A DNA stretch of 64,000 bases from the NCBI GenBank assembly GCA_964435285.1, contig CAYSYA010000001.1:22322-86321 (forward strand). Direction: 5' to 3'. The DNA is from an uncultured Flavobacteriales bacterium. GTDB lineage: Bacteria; Bacteroidota; Bacteroidia; Flavobacteriales; TMED113. The position numbers and the translations under genes are program-made. Below the pieces are notes generated by a model, which had not been told where the DNA came from, did not search any database, and was given only the letters and a program-made list of their open reading frames with translations. Shown here piece after piece: positions 27,391 through 37,268 of the stretch; the stretch's first letter is position 1, and every line of letters begins with the position of its first letter.

Positions 27391-29259
27391 ATGATTTCAA
27401 AAAAAACTATAGAAGAGGTATTTAATGTTGCAATTATTGAAGATGTAATAAGTGATTTTGTTTCATTAAAAAAAACAGGTGCAAACTATAAAGGATTAAG
27501 TCCTTTTTCAGATGAAAAAACTCCTTCATTTATTGTATCACCAACTAAAAGAATATGGAAAGACTTTAGCTCAGGTAAAGGGGGGAACGTGGTATCTTTT
27601 TTAATGGAACATGACGGATGCACTTACCCAGAGGCCATAAAATACTTAGCTAAGAAATATAATATTGAAATAATTGAAACAAAAGATCAATCATATAACA
27701 AAGAAGAAGAAGATGAAAAAGAATCAATTGCGATATTATTAGATTTTGTAACTAATTATTTTAACACAGAAATTTTAAAAAAACAAAATATTCATGTATT
27801 AAAATATCTACAAACTAGAAAGCTTAACAATGAAATTATTTCAAAATATAAAATTGGATTTGCCCCAAAAGGAAGCAAAGAATTTTACGATTTCCTAATA
27901 AAAAAAGGTTTCAAAAAAGAAATTTTAATTAAATCAGGTTTGTTTATTGAGAGCAAGAATCCTTTTAGTAGGTTTAATAATCGAATTATGTTTCCAATTT
28001 TTACTTTAAGTAACAGGGTAGTAGGATTTGGAGGAAGGATACTAATTAATGATAAAAAAAGCGCAAAGTACATTAATTCACCTGAAACAGTGTTATATCA
28101 AAAAAGTAAAATCTTATATGGTATGAATTTTGCCAAAACAGATGTTATTAAAAAAGACAATTGTTACTTAGTTGAGGGATATTTGGATGTAATCGCTTTA
28201 CATCAAAAGGGAATATCTAATGTAGTTGCATCATCAGGAACTGCAATTACTTTAGACCAAATTAGATTAATAAAAAGATTTACTAATTCAATAACAATTT
28301 TATTTGACTCAGATTTAGCTGGAATAAATGCAACACAAAAAGTTATTGATATTGCTTTAGCTCAGGATATGTTTGTTAATATTATAAACCTTCCAGATGG
28401 ACATGATCCAGACTCATTTAGTAAAGAGAATTCAAAGGATTTTATAGAAAAATACTTCATTGAAAAAAGAAATGACTTTATTTCTTTTTTCAAAAAATTA
28501 GAATTTTCTGAATCTAATTCTCCAGAAAGTAAAATAAAATTAGTTAAAAGAGTAATAAATAGTATTTCATTAGTTCCTGATTTAACGAATAGAACAATCT
28601 ATGTTCAGGAAGCATCAAAAATTTTAAATATTGATACTCATATTTTAATTAATGATTTAGAAAGAAAGTTAAAGAAAGTTAAAATTCAGCCTAAGGATAA
28701 GAATAATGATAGGGATTTTAATAAAGTGGATAATGAAGAACCATGTAAAGAAGAACAGTTTTTGTTTAGATTATTATTAAATCATGGTGATAAATTTATT
28801 CAAATAAATTCAAATCAAAAGATGCAAGTATCAAAAATGATTCTTCAAGAAATTCAATTAGATGGTATTCCTGTTACTAACCCTGTTTTTTCAAAAATTC
28901 TCATTGAATATCAAAATGCAATAAAAACAAATGAAAATCTTTCAAAAGATTTTTTTATTAATCATAAAGATTTAGAAATTTCAAAAACAACTATTTTTCT
29001 TACTGAAGAAAAATATAAAATGGATAATTGGGAATTAAAAAATATAAAAGTAAAAAAAGAAGAAGACATTTTATTTTCTTTGTTAAAAGAAGGATTAATT
29101 AGGTTTAAATTAAAAAGAATATCTGATATAACATCCGAAATATTGGCCAGAATTCCCTCAATAGAAAGTGAAAGTGAAAAAAAAGAAGAATTAAATAGAT
29201 TTTCTAAGTTAACAGAACTATCTAGAAATTTACATAAACAGGTTGGTAGAGAATGTTAG
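27391..29259 (+). CDS. dnaG: DNA primase DnaG (zinc-ribbon ligands all substituted)
   Basis: 622 aa. N-terminal zf-CHC2-like motif SPFSDEKTPSF...KDFSSGKGGN, RNA-polymerase core (RIMFPI) and TOPRIM (EGYLDVIAL, DSDLAG). Confidence 0.92.
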   Translation: MISKKTIEEVFNVAIIEDVISDFVSLKKTGANYKGLSPFSDEKTPSFIVSPTKRIWKDFSSGKGGNVVSFLMEHDGCTYPEAIKYLAKKYNIEIIETKDQSYNKEEEDEKESIAILLDFVTNYFNTEILKKQNIHVLKYLQTRKLNNEIISKYKIGFAPKGSKEFYDFLIKKGFKKEILIKSGLFIESKNPFSRFNNRIMFPIFTLSNRVVGFGGRILINDKKSAKYINSPETVLYQKSKILYGMNFAKTDVIKKDNCYLVEGYLDVIALHQKGISNVVASSGTAITLDQIRLIKRFTNSITILFDSDLAGINATQKVIDIALAQDMFVNIINLPDGHDPDSFSKENSKDFIEKYFIEKRNDFISFFKKLEFSESNSPESKIKLVKRVINSISLVPDLTNRTIYVQEASKILNIDTHILINDLERKLKKVKIQPKDKNNDRDFNKVDNEEPCKEEQFLFRLLLNHGDKFIQINSNQKMQVSKMILQEIQLDGIPVTNPVFSKILIEYQNAIKTNENLSKDFFINHKDLEISKTTIFLTEEKYKMDNWELKNIKVKKEEDILFSLLKEGLIRFKLKRISDITSEILARIPSIESESEKKEELNRFSKLTELSRNLHKQVGREC

Positions 29260-30002
29260 TATATATTTAATTTATTCATTAATTCTTTAAATTCATTACA
29301 ATTAACTTGTTGCTTTGCATCACTTAATGCTTTTTTTGGAGATGTGTGAGTTTCAATCATTAATCCATCAAATCCCCTAGAAATTGCTTTTTTTGAAATA
29401 CCATATAGAAGTTTCTTACTGCCACAAATATGACTAGGGTCACAAATAAATTTAATTTCAGGGAATAATTTTCTGACATCGTTGGTTATTTTCCAATAGG
29501 GTTTATTCCTGTAATTTTTTTCATAAATAGAAAAATAACCTCTATGAATAGCCTTAATCTCTTTAACTCCCGAATTTTTAAATCTTTCAATTGCACCAAT
29601 CCATAAATTTTTATCTGGGTATATAGGGTTTTTTATCCAAATTTCAACTTCTTGACCTTTCACACATTCACATATTTCTTGAACATAAAAAGGATTAACA
29701 GTTGTTCTTGCCCCTATCCAAAATATATTAATATTATGTTTAAGAGCTTTCTCTACATGTAGAGGAGTTCCAACTTCTATTGCGATTGGAGTTTTATACT
29801 TTTTTTTAAGCATAGATAGCCATACCAAACCTTTTTCTCCAATTCCTTGGAAGTGATTAATATTAGTCCGAGCTTTCCAAATTCCGCATCTAAAAAAATC
29901 AACTTTATCATAAATGTTTATGAATGTATTATCCAATTCTTTTTTTGAGCTAATACTACATGGTCCAGCAATAATTATTTTTTTATTTTTCATCGGTTCC
30001 AT
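29256..30002 (-). CDS. aroF: 3-deoxy-7-phosphoheptulonate (DAHP) synthase, type I-beta, catalytic core only
   Basis: 248 aa. IIAGPCSI, WKARTN..FQGIGEKGL, DPSH, MIETH and ALSDAKQQ align by eye with the Thermotoga/Pyrococcus-type DAHPS. There is no chorismate mutase or ferredoxin-like extension. Confidence 0.8.
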   Translation of the reverse strand: MEPMKNKKIIIAGPCSISSKKELDNTFINIYDKVDFFRCGIWKARTNINHFQGIGEKGLVWLSMLKKKYKTPIAIEVGTPLHVEKALKHNINIFWIGARTTVNPFYVQEICECVKGQEVEIWIKNPIYPDKNLWIGAIERFKNSGVKEIKAIHRGYFSIYEKNYRNKPYWKITNDVRKLFPEIKFICDPSHICGSKKLLYGISKKAISRGFDGLMIETHTSPKKALSDAKQQVNCNEFKELMNKLNIY

Positions 30003-30651
30003 TCATAATTATTATAAATTCTCCTTTTAAGTTACTTAGTTCTAAGTTTTTTATAATTTCTTTAGATATTCCTCTATATATATTTTCATGTATTTTAGTT
30101 AATTCTTTAACAACAACAATTTTTTTTTTAGGAGTTAAAGCGTCAATAATTTCTAAAGTTTTTACTATTCTATGAGGTGACTCATATATAATTACGCTTC
30201 TTGTCTCATTAACTAAATATTTTAATCTCTTTAATTTACCCTTTTTTTTAGGCAGAAATCCTTCAAAAACAAATTTATCACATGGAAATCCAGATTGAAT
30301 TAGAGCGGGAATTAAAGCAGTTGGACCAGGAAGACATTTAATTTCAATTTCAAGCTCAACACATTTTCTAATAATCAAAAATCCAGGATCAGAAATACCA
30401 GGAGTTCCAGAATCTGTAATTAAACAACAATTTTTTACTGATTTAATTTTAGATATGATATAATCTAGTTTAGAAGATTCGTTAAAAGTATTATTTATGA
30501 TGTAAGGAGCGGATATATTATGCTCTTTAAATAGTATTTTACTTTTATTGTAATTTTCTACAATAATGAGATCGGTATTTTTTAATTTCTCGATACATCT
30601 CAATGTAATGTCTTTTAAGTTTCCTATTGGAGTTGGAATGATATATAACAT
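29983..30651 (-). CDS. rsmI: 16S rRNA (cytidine1402-2'-O)-methyltransferase
   Basis: 222 aa with MLYIIPTPIGNLKDITLR and TDSGTPGISDPG. Confidence 0.9.
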   Translation of the reverse strand: MLYIIPTPIGNLKDITLRCIEKLKNTDLIIVENYNKSKILFKEHNISAPYIINNTFNESSKLDYIISKIKSVKNCCLITDSGTPGISDPGFLIIRKCVELEIEIKCLPGPTALIPALIQSGFPCDKFVFEGFLPKKKGKLKRLKYLVNETRSVIIYESPHRIVKTLEIIDALTPKKKIVVVKELTKIHENIYRGISKEIIKNLELSNLKGEFIIIMNGTDEK

Positions 30652-30759
30652 GAAATAAATCAGTTGATAATAATCGAATTTAATTATTTTTTTTTTTTAA
30701 ATAATTAAAATAGTTGTTTTCTTATTAAATTGTATTTTCAATATAATTTATATAATTTA

Positions 30760-31290
30760 ATGCAGGGTAAAATTGAAATTATTACAGGTTGCATGTTTTC
30801 TGGTAAGTCAACAGAGCTATTAAACAGATTAAATAATTGCTCGGTAGATTACTTATTATTAAAACCAAAAATAGATACCAGGTACGGTCTCTCAAATGTA
30901 TCAACTCACTCCGGGATAAAAAAATCAGCTAAAGTAGTGAGTTCCTTATCAGATGTTTTTGATAATATCAGTAAAATAAAAGTCATTGGTGTTGATGAAG
31001 CGCAGTTTTTTTCATCTTCAATAATTAAAGATTCTTTAAAATTAAAAAGTTTGGGTAAGAGAATCATTATTGCTGGATTAAATAAAGATTATTTAAATAA
31101 AGAATTTAAATCTGTTTCAGGTTTGATTAAAATAGCAGATAAATTGACAAAATTATATGCAGTTTGTAACAGATGTTCTGCTCCAGCATCTAGATCTCAC
31201 AGACTAGCTAAAGAAAAATCAATAATTTTATTAGGACATAAAGATGCTTACGAACCTTTATGTAAAAAGTGTTATAAAAATGCTAGATAA
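30760..31290 (+). CDS. tdk: thymidine kinase
   Basis: The start is moved from TTG 30730 to ATG 30760 (MQGKIEIITGCMFSGKSTEL, P-loop). C-terminal zinc motif CNRC...CKKC. Confidence 0.9.
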   Translation: MQGKIEIITGCMFSGKSTELLNRLNNCSVDYLLLKPKIDTRYGLSNVSTHSGIKKSAKVVSSLSDVFDNISKIKVIGVDEAQFFSSSIIKDSLKLKSLGKRIIIAGLNKDYLNKEFKSVSGLIKIADKLTKLYAVCNRCSAPASRSHRLAKEKSIILLGHKDAYEPLCKKCYKNAR

Positions 31291-32374
31291 ATATTTTTCA
31301 ACTAGACTAGAATTAAGTAAAAAAAAATTAAAAAGTAATATTGATTTTTTAAAGAAAAATATTGGAAATAATAAAGAAATAATTGCTGTATTAAAGGCAA
31401 ATGCTTATGGTTTTGGTGACATTATTTTATCAAAAGAAATTATTAAACATGGTATTACTGAAATTGCTGTTGCTGATTTTGAGGAAGGCTTGCGTTTAAG
31501 AAAAAATAATATAAAGGTACCTATAATGATTATGTATCCAGCGTTAAGAAATTTGAAGCCAATTATAGATAGTAAACTTGAGCCTTCTATATATAGTTTA
31601 GAGATGTTAAATAAGTTAATTTTCCATGCAAAAAAACATAAAAAAGTAGTATCATTTCATTTGAAAATTGATACTGGAATGAATCGTTATGGATTTTTAG
31701 AAAAAGACTTAAAAGAAGTAATTTGTAAAATTAAAGAACAAAAAAATTTAAAAATAAAATCAATATTTTCACATTTATCTTCCTCTAATTTAAAAAAATA
31801 TAAAAGTTTTACTCTTAAACAAATTCAAAAGTTCAATTCTCAAAAAAGGATGATTCAAAAAGAATTTTCATATAAAATAAAATCACATATTTCAAATTCA
31901 TATGGTGCAATTAACTATATGGAGGAAAATTCAGAAATGATAAGAGTAGGTTTTGGTTTGTTTTATGGATTTAATAACAAACAGACACATTGTATTGGAG
32001 AATTAAAAACCTCTATTTCTCAAATTAAAATAATTAATAAAGGAGATTCAGTCGGTTATAATAGAAAATTCAAATCAAAAAAAATCATGAAAATTGGTAT
32101 TATTCCTATTGGTTATGCTGATGGTTTAAGACGGGATTGGATTGATAAAAAATTGTATTTCTCTTTAAATAACATTAAACTTCCAGTTTTAGGAGATATA
32201 TCAATGGATAGTTGCGTTATTGATCTTTCAAACATAAAAGAAGTTAAAGTGGGAGATGATGTTATATTATTTGGTGAGTCAAGATGTATTTTTAAGTTAT
32301 CAAAAAGTTTGCAAACTATACCTTATGAGATCACATCAGGATTATCAAAAAGAATTAGGAGGTTTTTAGTTTAG
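31280..32374 (+). CDS. alr: alanine racemase
   Basis: The start is moved to ATG 31280, overlapping the tdk stop. PLP-lysine motif AVLKANAYGFG. About 364 aa. Confidence 0.88.
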   Translation: MLDKYFSTRLELSKKKLKSNIDFLKKNIGNNKEIIAVLKANAYGFGDIILSKEIIKHGITEIAVADFEEGLRLRKNNIKVPIMIMYPALRNLKPIIDSKLEPSIYSLEMLNKLIFHAKKHKKVVSFHLKIDTGMNRYGFLEKDLKEVICKIKEQKNLKIKSIFSHLSSSNLKKYKSFTLKQIQKFNSQKRMIQKEFSYKIKSHISNSYGAINYMEENSEMIRVGFGLFYGFNNKQTHCIGELKTSISQIKIINKGDSVGYNRKFKSKKIMKIGIIPIGYADGLRRDWIDKKLYFSLNNIKLPVLGDISMDSCVIDLSNIKEVKVGDDVILFGESRCIFKLSKSLQTIPYEITSGLSKRIRRFLV

Positions 32375-33683
32375 CTCCTTCAGTATAAAAAAGAAATATG
32401 AACAAACTCAAAAAACAAGCTGTATTATATATTATTAAATAGTCGTTTATTATCATACACAATAAAAATAGAATAGGAAAAATGAATTTAAGTATATTTT
32501 TTTTTCTTCTGTTAACATAATTTTTAAATAATGAATAAAAAATATTAATAAATAATAATAAACCAATTATACCAAACTCAATAATTATATATATATAACT
32601 ATTGTGAGGATATTTAATATCTTGTTCGTTTGCAATTTTTTTTACTCCACCTGCTCCTTCGCCAAACCATTTTTTATTTAAGAATGACTCTTTATAATTT
32701 TTCCATATAAGAAATCTTTTTTCTAAACTACTTTTTTCATTTTTTTTAATTATTTCATTCTTCCATTTAATATCGTTATTTATCATTTCTTCCCAATATT
32801 TAACGCTATATCCCAAAGAGTCAGACATGTATATTGCATCTTTTTTTATTTTTTCATTACTTGGTGTAGTTTGAGAAATATAAAATGTAGTTTTAATACG
32901 GTCAACAAAGGGAGCTGATACAGAAATTAAAATAATTAACGAAATAATTGAAATTGAGAGAATCAATTTTATTTTTTTTGGTTTTTTAATCATTATATAA
33001 ATTGGAAAAAGAGTAATAAGAATAAATAAACCAGTTCTTCCGTATCCATTTAATAGAAAAAGAATCTTGAGTAAAATCAAAATAAATACAATGATATTTA
33101 ATTTAATAATCTTTTTCTGATTGAATAAATAATCTATTAAAAGAAAAATTGAAAATGCAATGAAAACAGAAAGATTAGAGTGGTCAATAAAACCTCTTAA
33201 AAACAAAACATTTTCGTAATGATCTATTTTGAGAAAATATAAATTATTAATAATTCTAAGTTTATATAGAGAAGAAATAATAATTGAGTACAGTATATTA
33301 AAAAGTATGCCACCTATAAAAAAATATTTTGCCACTTCCTTATCATTTTTTTTAAAATTTAATATATCTAGTAAGGGAACAAGAAGCAGAATAGAGTATT
33401 TAATTATTGTGTCTTGAAAAAAGTTATTTTCTTTCCAAAAATAACTTATGAGAATATACAAGAAAAACATTAATATTGATTGATTAACTTTATTACTTAT
33501 TACTCTATTAAGATTTTTTTTTAAATCTTTTGAATTAATTAAAGAAATAAAAAAAAATATTATAATAACAGAAGAGATACTATTAGAAACACTTAAAAAA
33601 AATGCAAATAAAAATAAAGCTAAATTGCTAGTGGAAATATTTTTTAAAGTTTTTGAAAAATTTAATTTAAAAGTACTTATCAA
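32355..33683 (-). CDS. O-antigen ligase / polymerase family (Wzy_C-like) polytopic membrane protein
   Basis: 442 aa, at least 10 predicted TM helices with one larger loop. The family assignment is by overall architecture only. Confidence 0.55.
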   Translation of the reverse strand: MISTFKLNFSKTLKNISTSNLALFLFAFFLSVSNSISSVIIIFFFISLINSKDLKKNLNRVISNKVNQSILMFFLYILISYFWKENNFFQDTIIKYSILLLVPLLDILNFKKNDKEVAKYFFIGGILFNILYSIIISSLYKLRIINNLYFLKIDHYENVLFLRGFIDHSNLSVFIAFSIFLLIDYLFNQKKIIKLNIIVFILILLKILFLLNGYGRTGLFILITLFPIYIMIKKPKKIKLILSISIISLIILISVSAPFVDRIKTTFYISQTTPSNEKIKKDAIYMSDSLGYSVKYWEEMINNDIKWKNEIIKKNEKSSLEKRFLIWKNYKESFLNKKWFGEGAGGVKKIANEQDIKYPHNSYIYIIIEFGIIGLLLFINIFYSLFKNYVNRRKKNILKFIFPILFLLCMIINDYLIIYNTACFLSLFIFLFYTEGAKLKTS

Positions 33684-33701
33684 AATGAATCAGTATAATA
33701 T

Positions 33702-35333
33702 TTATTTTCCTAGAATTTTTTTATAATTCTTTTTATTTTCTAATGTATTTATAGCAGATTTAATTTCATCATCATACTTCATTAATGCCTCAATTCTACC
33801 TTCATTATAATAATATCTCACAGCAATGTCGGATAAGATAAGTTGACTTATTTCTTTTTTGTATTTTTCTATGTCAGTTATTTTTAATTTTTGAATTTCA
33901 TCTTTTAAAAGTTGAATTAATCCACTATTAATGATTGAATCTTTATAACCTTCAAAATTTAACACATCAATCAAGTCCTCTATTTTTTCTTCAGAGTTCG
34001 TAACAAAGTCAAAACTTTTTTTATAAATAAATTCTTTAAATTTTGTATATATTTCTTCAGAAACATCTAGTGATTTTGGTTGCTCAACCTCTTTTGTATT
34101 TGCAGCATAAAAGTTTCCAAATTCAAAAATAAGTTGTTTTTGCATCAAGCTATAAATTATTTTAGGAATACTATCTCGTTCAATTTCAATGTCAGGATCA
34201 ATTCCCCCTCCATCATAAACTGAACGATTATTCTTTGTTTTGTATTCAGTTCTTAATGAGTCTGGAACAATTTTATTTGAATCAGAATAATTGATAGTTT
34301 GAATACACCTTCCGGAAGGGGTGTAATATTTAGCTACTGTTAATTTTAATTGAGAATTATAATTTAATTTTTTTGTTTGTTGAACTAACCCCTTCCCGAA
34401 AGTTTGCTTTCCAATCACTATTCCTCTATCTAAGTCTTGCATTGTACCTGCTACAATCTCAGATGCAGAGGCCGATCCTTCGTTAACTAAAATTATTAGA
34501 GGGATTTCAGTATTGTAAGGATTTTCTTTTGTTTTATATAACTTATTCCAATCTGTATTTCGGCCTTTTGTTTCAACAACAACTGTATTTTTTTCAATAA
34601 ATAAATTACATAGTTTAATTGCTTCGTTTAAAAGTCCTCCTGGATTTCCTCTGAGGTCTAAAATTAACCCTTCAACATTATTTTTTGATTCTAGATCTAA
34701 AATTGCTGATCGAACTTCATTTGTACAATTTCTAGTAAATCTTGATAATTTTATATATCCATATTCTTTAATCATTCCATAAAATGGTACGCTAGAAATT
34801 TTTATTTTTTCTCTTTCTATATCTATACTTAGTAATTCATTAATATTCAATCTTTCAATTAAAATATTAACAGATTTCCCAGGCTCTCCTTTTAATAGTT
34901 TACTTACATCTTCAACATCTTTATTATGCATAGGTATATTATCAATTTTAATTATCTTATCTCCTATTTTTAGTCCAGCTTTATCTGCTGGAAAGTTTTT
35001 ATATGGTTCTGCAATCACAACATATTCCCCCACTTTTCTAATTAAAGATCCAATTCCCCCATATTGCCCAGTAGTTTGGAATCTAAAATCTTCAATTTCT
35101 GATTCAGGAATATATTGAGTATACGGATCTAATTCTTTAAGCATCGAGTCAATTGCCTTTTCCATTAACTTTCCAGGTTCTGTGTCGTCAACATAATATG
35201 TATTAAGCTCTTTAAATACGTTGTTAAAAATTTCTAAGTTCTTACTTATTTCAAAATAGGTAGATTGGCTGTAAGATATAGAACTAATGATAAGAAAAGT
35301 TGTGATTAAATTTGAAATAAATTTTAAGTTCAT
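33702..35333 (-). CDS. S41 family C-terminal processing peptidase (second paralog), secreted
   Basis: The track start 35384 overlaps yidD. ATG at 35333 gives MNLKFISNLITTFLIISSISYSQ (signal peptide). PDZ region and NEGSASASEIVAGTMQD are present. Confidence 0.85.
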   Translation of the reverse strand: MNLKFISNLITTFLIISSISYSQSTYFEISKNLEIFNNVFKELNTYYVDDTEPGKLMEKAIDSMLKELDPYTQYIPESEIEDFRFQTTGQYGGIGSLIRKVGEYVVIAEPYKNFPADKAGLKIGDKIIKIDNIPMHNKDVEDVSKLLKGEPGKSVNILIERLNINELLSIDIEREKIKISSVPFYGMIKEYGYIKLSRFTRNCTNEVRSAILDLESKNNVEGLILDLRGNPGGLLNEAIKLCNLFIEKNTVVVETKGRNTDWNKLYKTKENPYNTEIPLIILVNEGSASASEIVAGTMQDLDRGIVIGKQTFGKGLVQQTKKLNYNSQLKLTVAKYYTPSGRCIQTINYSDSNKIVPDSLRTEYKTKNNRSVYDGGGIDPDIEIERDSIPKIIYSLMQKQLIFEFGNFYAANTKEVEQPKSLDVSEEIYTKFKEFIYKKSFDFVTNSEEKIEDLIDVLNFEGYKDSIINSGLIQLLKDEIQKLKITDIEKYKKEISQLILSDIAVRYYYNEGRIEALMKYDDEIKSAINTLENKKNYKKILGK

Positions 35334-35344
35334 AGTATAATTTT

Positions 35345-35551
35345 TTAAACCGGGTCGTGACCTGAACCCCCCCATGGGTGGCACGATATAATTCTTTTAA
35401 ATGATAAAAATAAGCCTTTTAATGTTCCATGTTTTTGTAATGCTTGTATACAATAGTTTGAACATGTAGGCGAGAATCTACAATTGCTTCCTATTAAAGG
35501 CGAAATTGTAAATTGATAAATTTTAATAAGTGTAATTAGTATGTATTTCAT
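35345..35551 (-). CDS. yidD: membrane protein insertion efficiency factor YidD
   Basis: 68 aa with [15 protein letters not shown] and [11 protein letters not shown]. Confidence 0.9.
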   Translation of the reverse strand: MKYILITLIKIYQFTISPLIGSNCRFSPTCSNYCIQALQKHGTLKGLFLSFKRIISCHPWGGSGHDPV

Positions 35552-35887
35552 TTAATTTAAATTTTCAAATAGAAGAAGATCCTTTTCCAATTTTACATAT
35601 TTTACTGGTTTAAAATATTTGTATAAAATAATTACACTAAGAGATGAATCTTTTATATTTTTTCTTAAATAATAAAACGCTTTTATTCTTCTTTTTATTT
35701 TATTTCTATTAACAGCAAGTTTTATTTTTTTTTTCGGAATAGAAATTAATAGTTGAAAATAATTTTGATTTTCAATATCTTTTAAGTAAATAAATTTCAA
35801 GTATTTACCTGAATAATGTTTTCCATTTTCTAATATTAATTTTATTTCTTTCTTAGAAGAAATCATTTTAAAGTTTTTTGATTTCAT
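35552..35887 (-). CDS. rnpA: ribonuclease P protein component
   Basis: 111 aa, basic, with LAVNRNKIKRRIKA. It lies immediately upstream of yidD. Confidence 0.8.
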   Translation of the reverse strand: MKSKNFKMISSKKEIKLILENGKHYSGKYLKFIYLKDIENQNYFQLLISIPKKKIKLAVNRNKIKRRIKAFYYLRKNIKDSSLSVIILYKYFKPVKYVKLEKDLLLFENLN

Positions 35888-35904
35888 TATAAAAAAAATG
35901 TTGA

Positions 35905-36648
35905 TTATTTTTTTGATAGAAAACTATCAAGGCATGACAACATAGATAAGTTTTTTTCGTTGGGAGCTTTTAGAGCAACATTTAAATTTTTACTTTCTGC
36001 ATAGTTTTGTGTAACACTTCCAAAGCAAGCAATTAAAATTTCATGATCTTTAGTAAATAATTCAGGAAAATTTTGAATAATTGAATCAACATCAATAGGA
36101 CTAAACAATACCACTAGATCATATGAGAATCGTTTGATGGATGTTTTTTTAGGAAGAGTTTTAAAAAAAATACCTCTAGTATAATTAATTTGAAGACTAT
36201 CTAAAAATTCAATAGTTTTCGAATTTGTATTTTCGGCAGAAGGTAACAAAAACTTTTCTGTGTTGTGTTTCTCAATTACTTCATGTAAATCTTGAATTTT
36301 TTTTCCACCTACGTATATTTTTCTCTTTCTATATGCAGTATATTTTTGAAGATAAAATGATATTGCCTCAGAAACACAAAAATACTTCATGGTGTTAGGA
36401 ACTGTAAATCTCATTTCTTCACATATTCTGAAAAAGTGGTCAATTGCAATTCTACTAGTAAAAATAATAGCTGAGAAGTTATTTACATTAATTTTTTGTA
36501 GTCTTATATCACGAACATTTAGCCCAGTAATTTCGATAAGAGAATCGAACTTTATTTTAATATTATATTTTTTAGCTAGTTCAGAATAAGGGTGATTTTT
36601 ACTTTGTGGTTCAGGTTGAGAAATTAATATTTTTTTAATTTTTTTCAT
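35905..36648 (-). CDS. hemD: uroporphyrinogen-III synthase family (HemD-like) protein
   Basis: 247 aa. MKKIKKILISQPEPQSKNHPYSELAKKYNIKI... matches the Bacteroidota HemD-like family that pairs with DUF4271. Confidence 0.7.
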   Translation of the reverse strand: MKKIKKILISQPEPQSKNHPYSELAKKYNIKIKFDSLIEITGLNVRDIRLQKINVNNFSAIIFTSRIAIDHFFRICEEMRFTVPNTMKYFCVSEAISFYLQKYTAYRKRKIYVGGKKIQDLHEVIEKHNTEKFLLPSAENTNSKTIEFLDSLQINYTRGIFFKTLPKKTSIKRFSYDLVVLFSPIDVDSIIQNFPELFTKDHEILIACFGSVTQNYAESKNLNVALKAPNEKNLSMLSCLDSFLSKK

Positions 36649-37268
36649 TATAGGATAATGTAGAGTAATACTAAAGGGATAATTTCAAGAATACAAATAT
36701 AACAAATAATATGAATTAAATTTAGGCTAGATAAAATGTTTGTTTTGATTATAAAAAAAAATCTTGTTGCATAAAGAACAACTACATATATTATTGAGAT
36801 GAAAAATTGAAAATTCATATTTTCAAATTTATAGTAGGAAACAAATAATAAAATAGGATAAAAATAAATAGCTATAAATGTATTGATATCAATATTAATT
36901 ATTGTGATTTTTTTAAATATAGAATACTTTTTTAAACTGAGTCCAAAAATTAAAATAGAAACATTTTTAAAGAAGAAAAAAACTAAAATCAGAAACGACA
37001 AAAAAATAAAATCATAAAAATTTAATTTTTTAAATAACAGACTCACATAACAACTTGTTATTAAAGCCATAATATTGAAATATAAAAATCTAGTAAAGCT
37101 AATGTTAGTATTTCTTTGAAAATATAGCGAGCCATAAGTTTCCTTGTTATTAAAAGGAATACGTAATAAGCTATTTGTTTGTCTTCTATTGTTATTAAAG
37201 GCAATAGAAATTAAAAAAAGTAAAAATATTAATAAAACTGAGTAAAAATCGTGATTATATAAAGACAC
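36648..37268 (-). CDS. DUF4271-like polytopic membrane protein
   Basis: 206 aa, about 6 TM helices. Its stop shares 1 nt with the hemD-like start. The family call rests on context and architecture. Confidence 0.55.
   Translation of the reverse strand: MSLYNHDFYSVLLIFLLFLISIAFNNNRRQTNSLLRIPFNNKETYGSLYFQRNTNISFTRFLYFNIMALITSCYVSLLFKKLNFYDFIFLSFLILVFFFFKNVSILIFGLSLKKYSIFKKITIINIDINTFIAIYFYPILLFVSYYKFENMNFQFFISIIYVVVLYATRFFFIIKTNILSSLNLIHIICYICILEIIPLVLLYIIL

Noticed and set aside
28661-28680. Exact tandem 10-mer AAAGAAAGTT x2 inside dnaG
   Set aside because: It has only two copies, is in-frame coding (RKLKKVK) and is trivial low complexity.
30679-30709. Perfect 11-bp inverted repeat TTTAATTATTT / AAATAATTAAA flanking a T9 run, between divergent rsmI and tdk
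   Set aside because: It is composed only of A/T, so the stem would be very weak, and such low-complexity symmetry is common in AT-rich promoters. Not enough evidence to call a regulatory site.
35334-35384. Upstream extension [17 protein letters not shown] of the second S41 peptidase ORF
   Set aside because: It overlaps the conserved C-terminus of yidD in another frame. The signal peptide begins at Met18 (35333).
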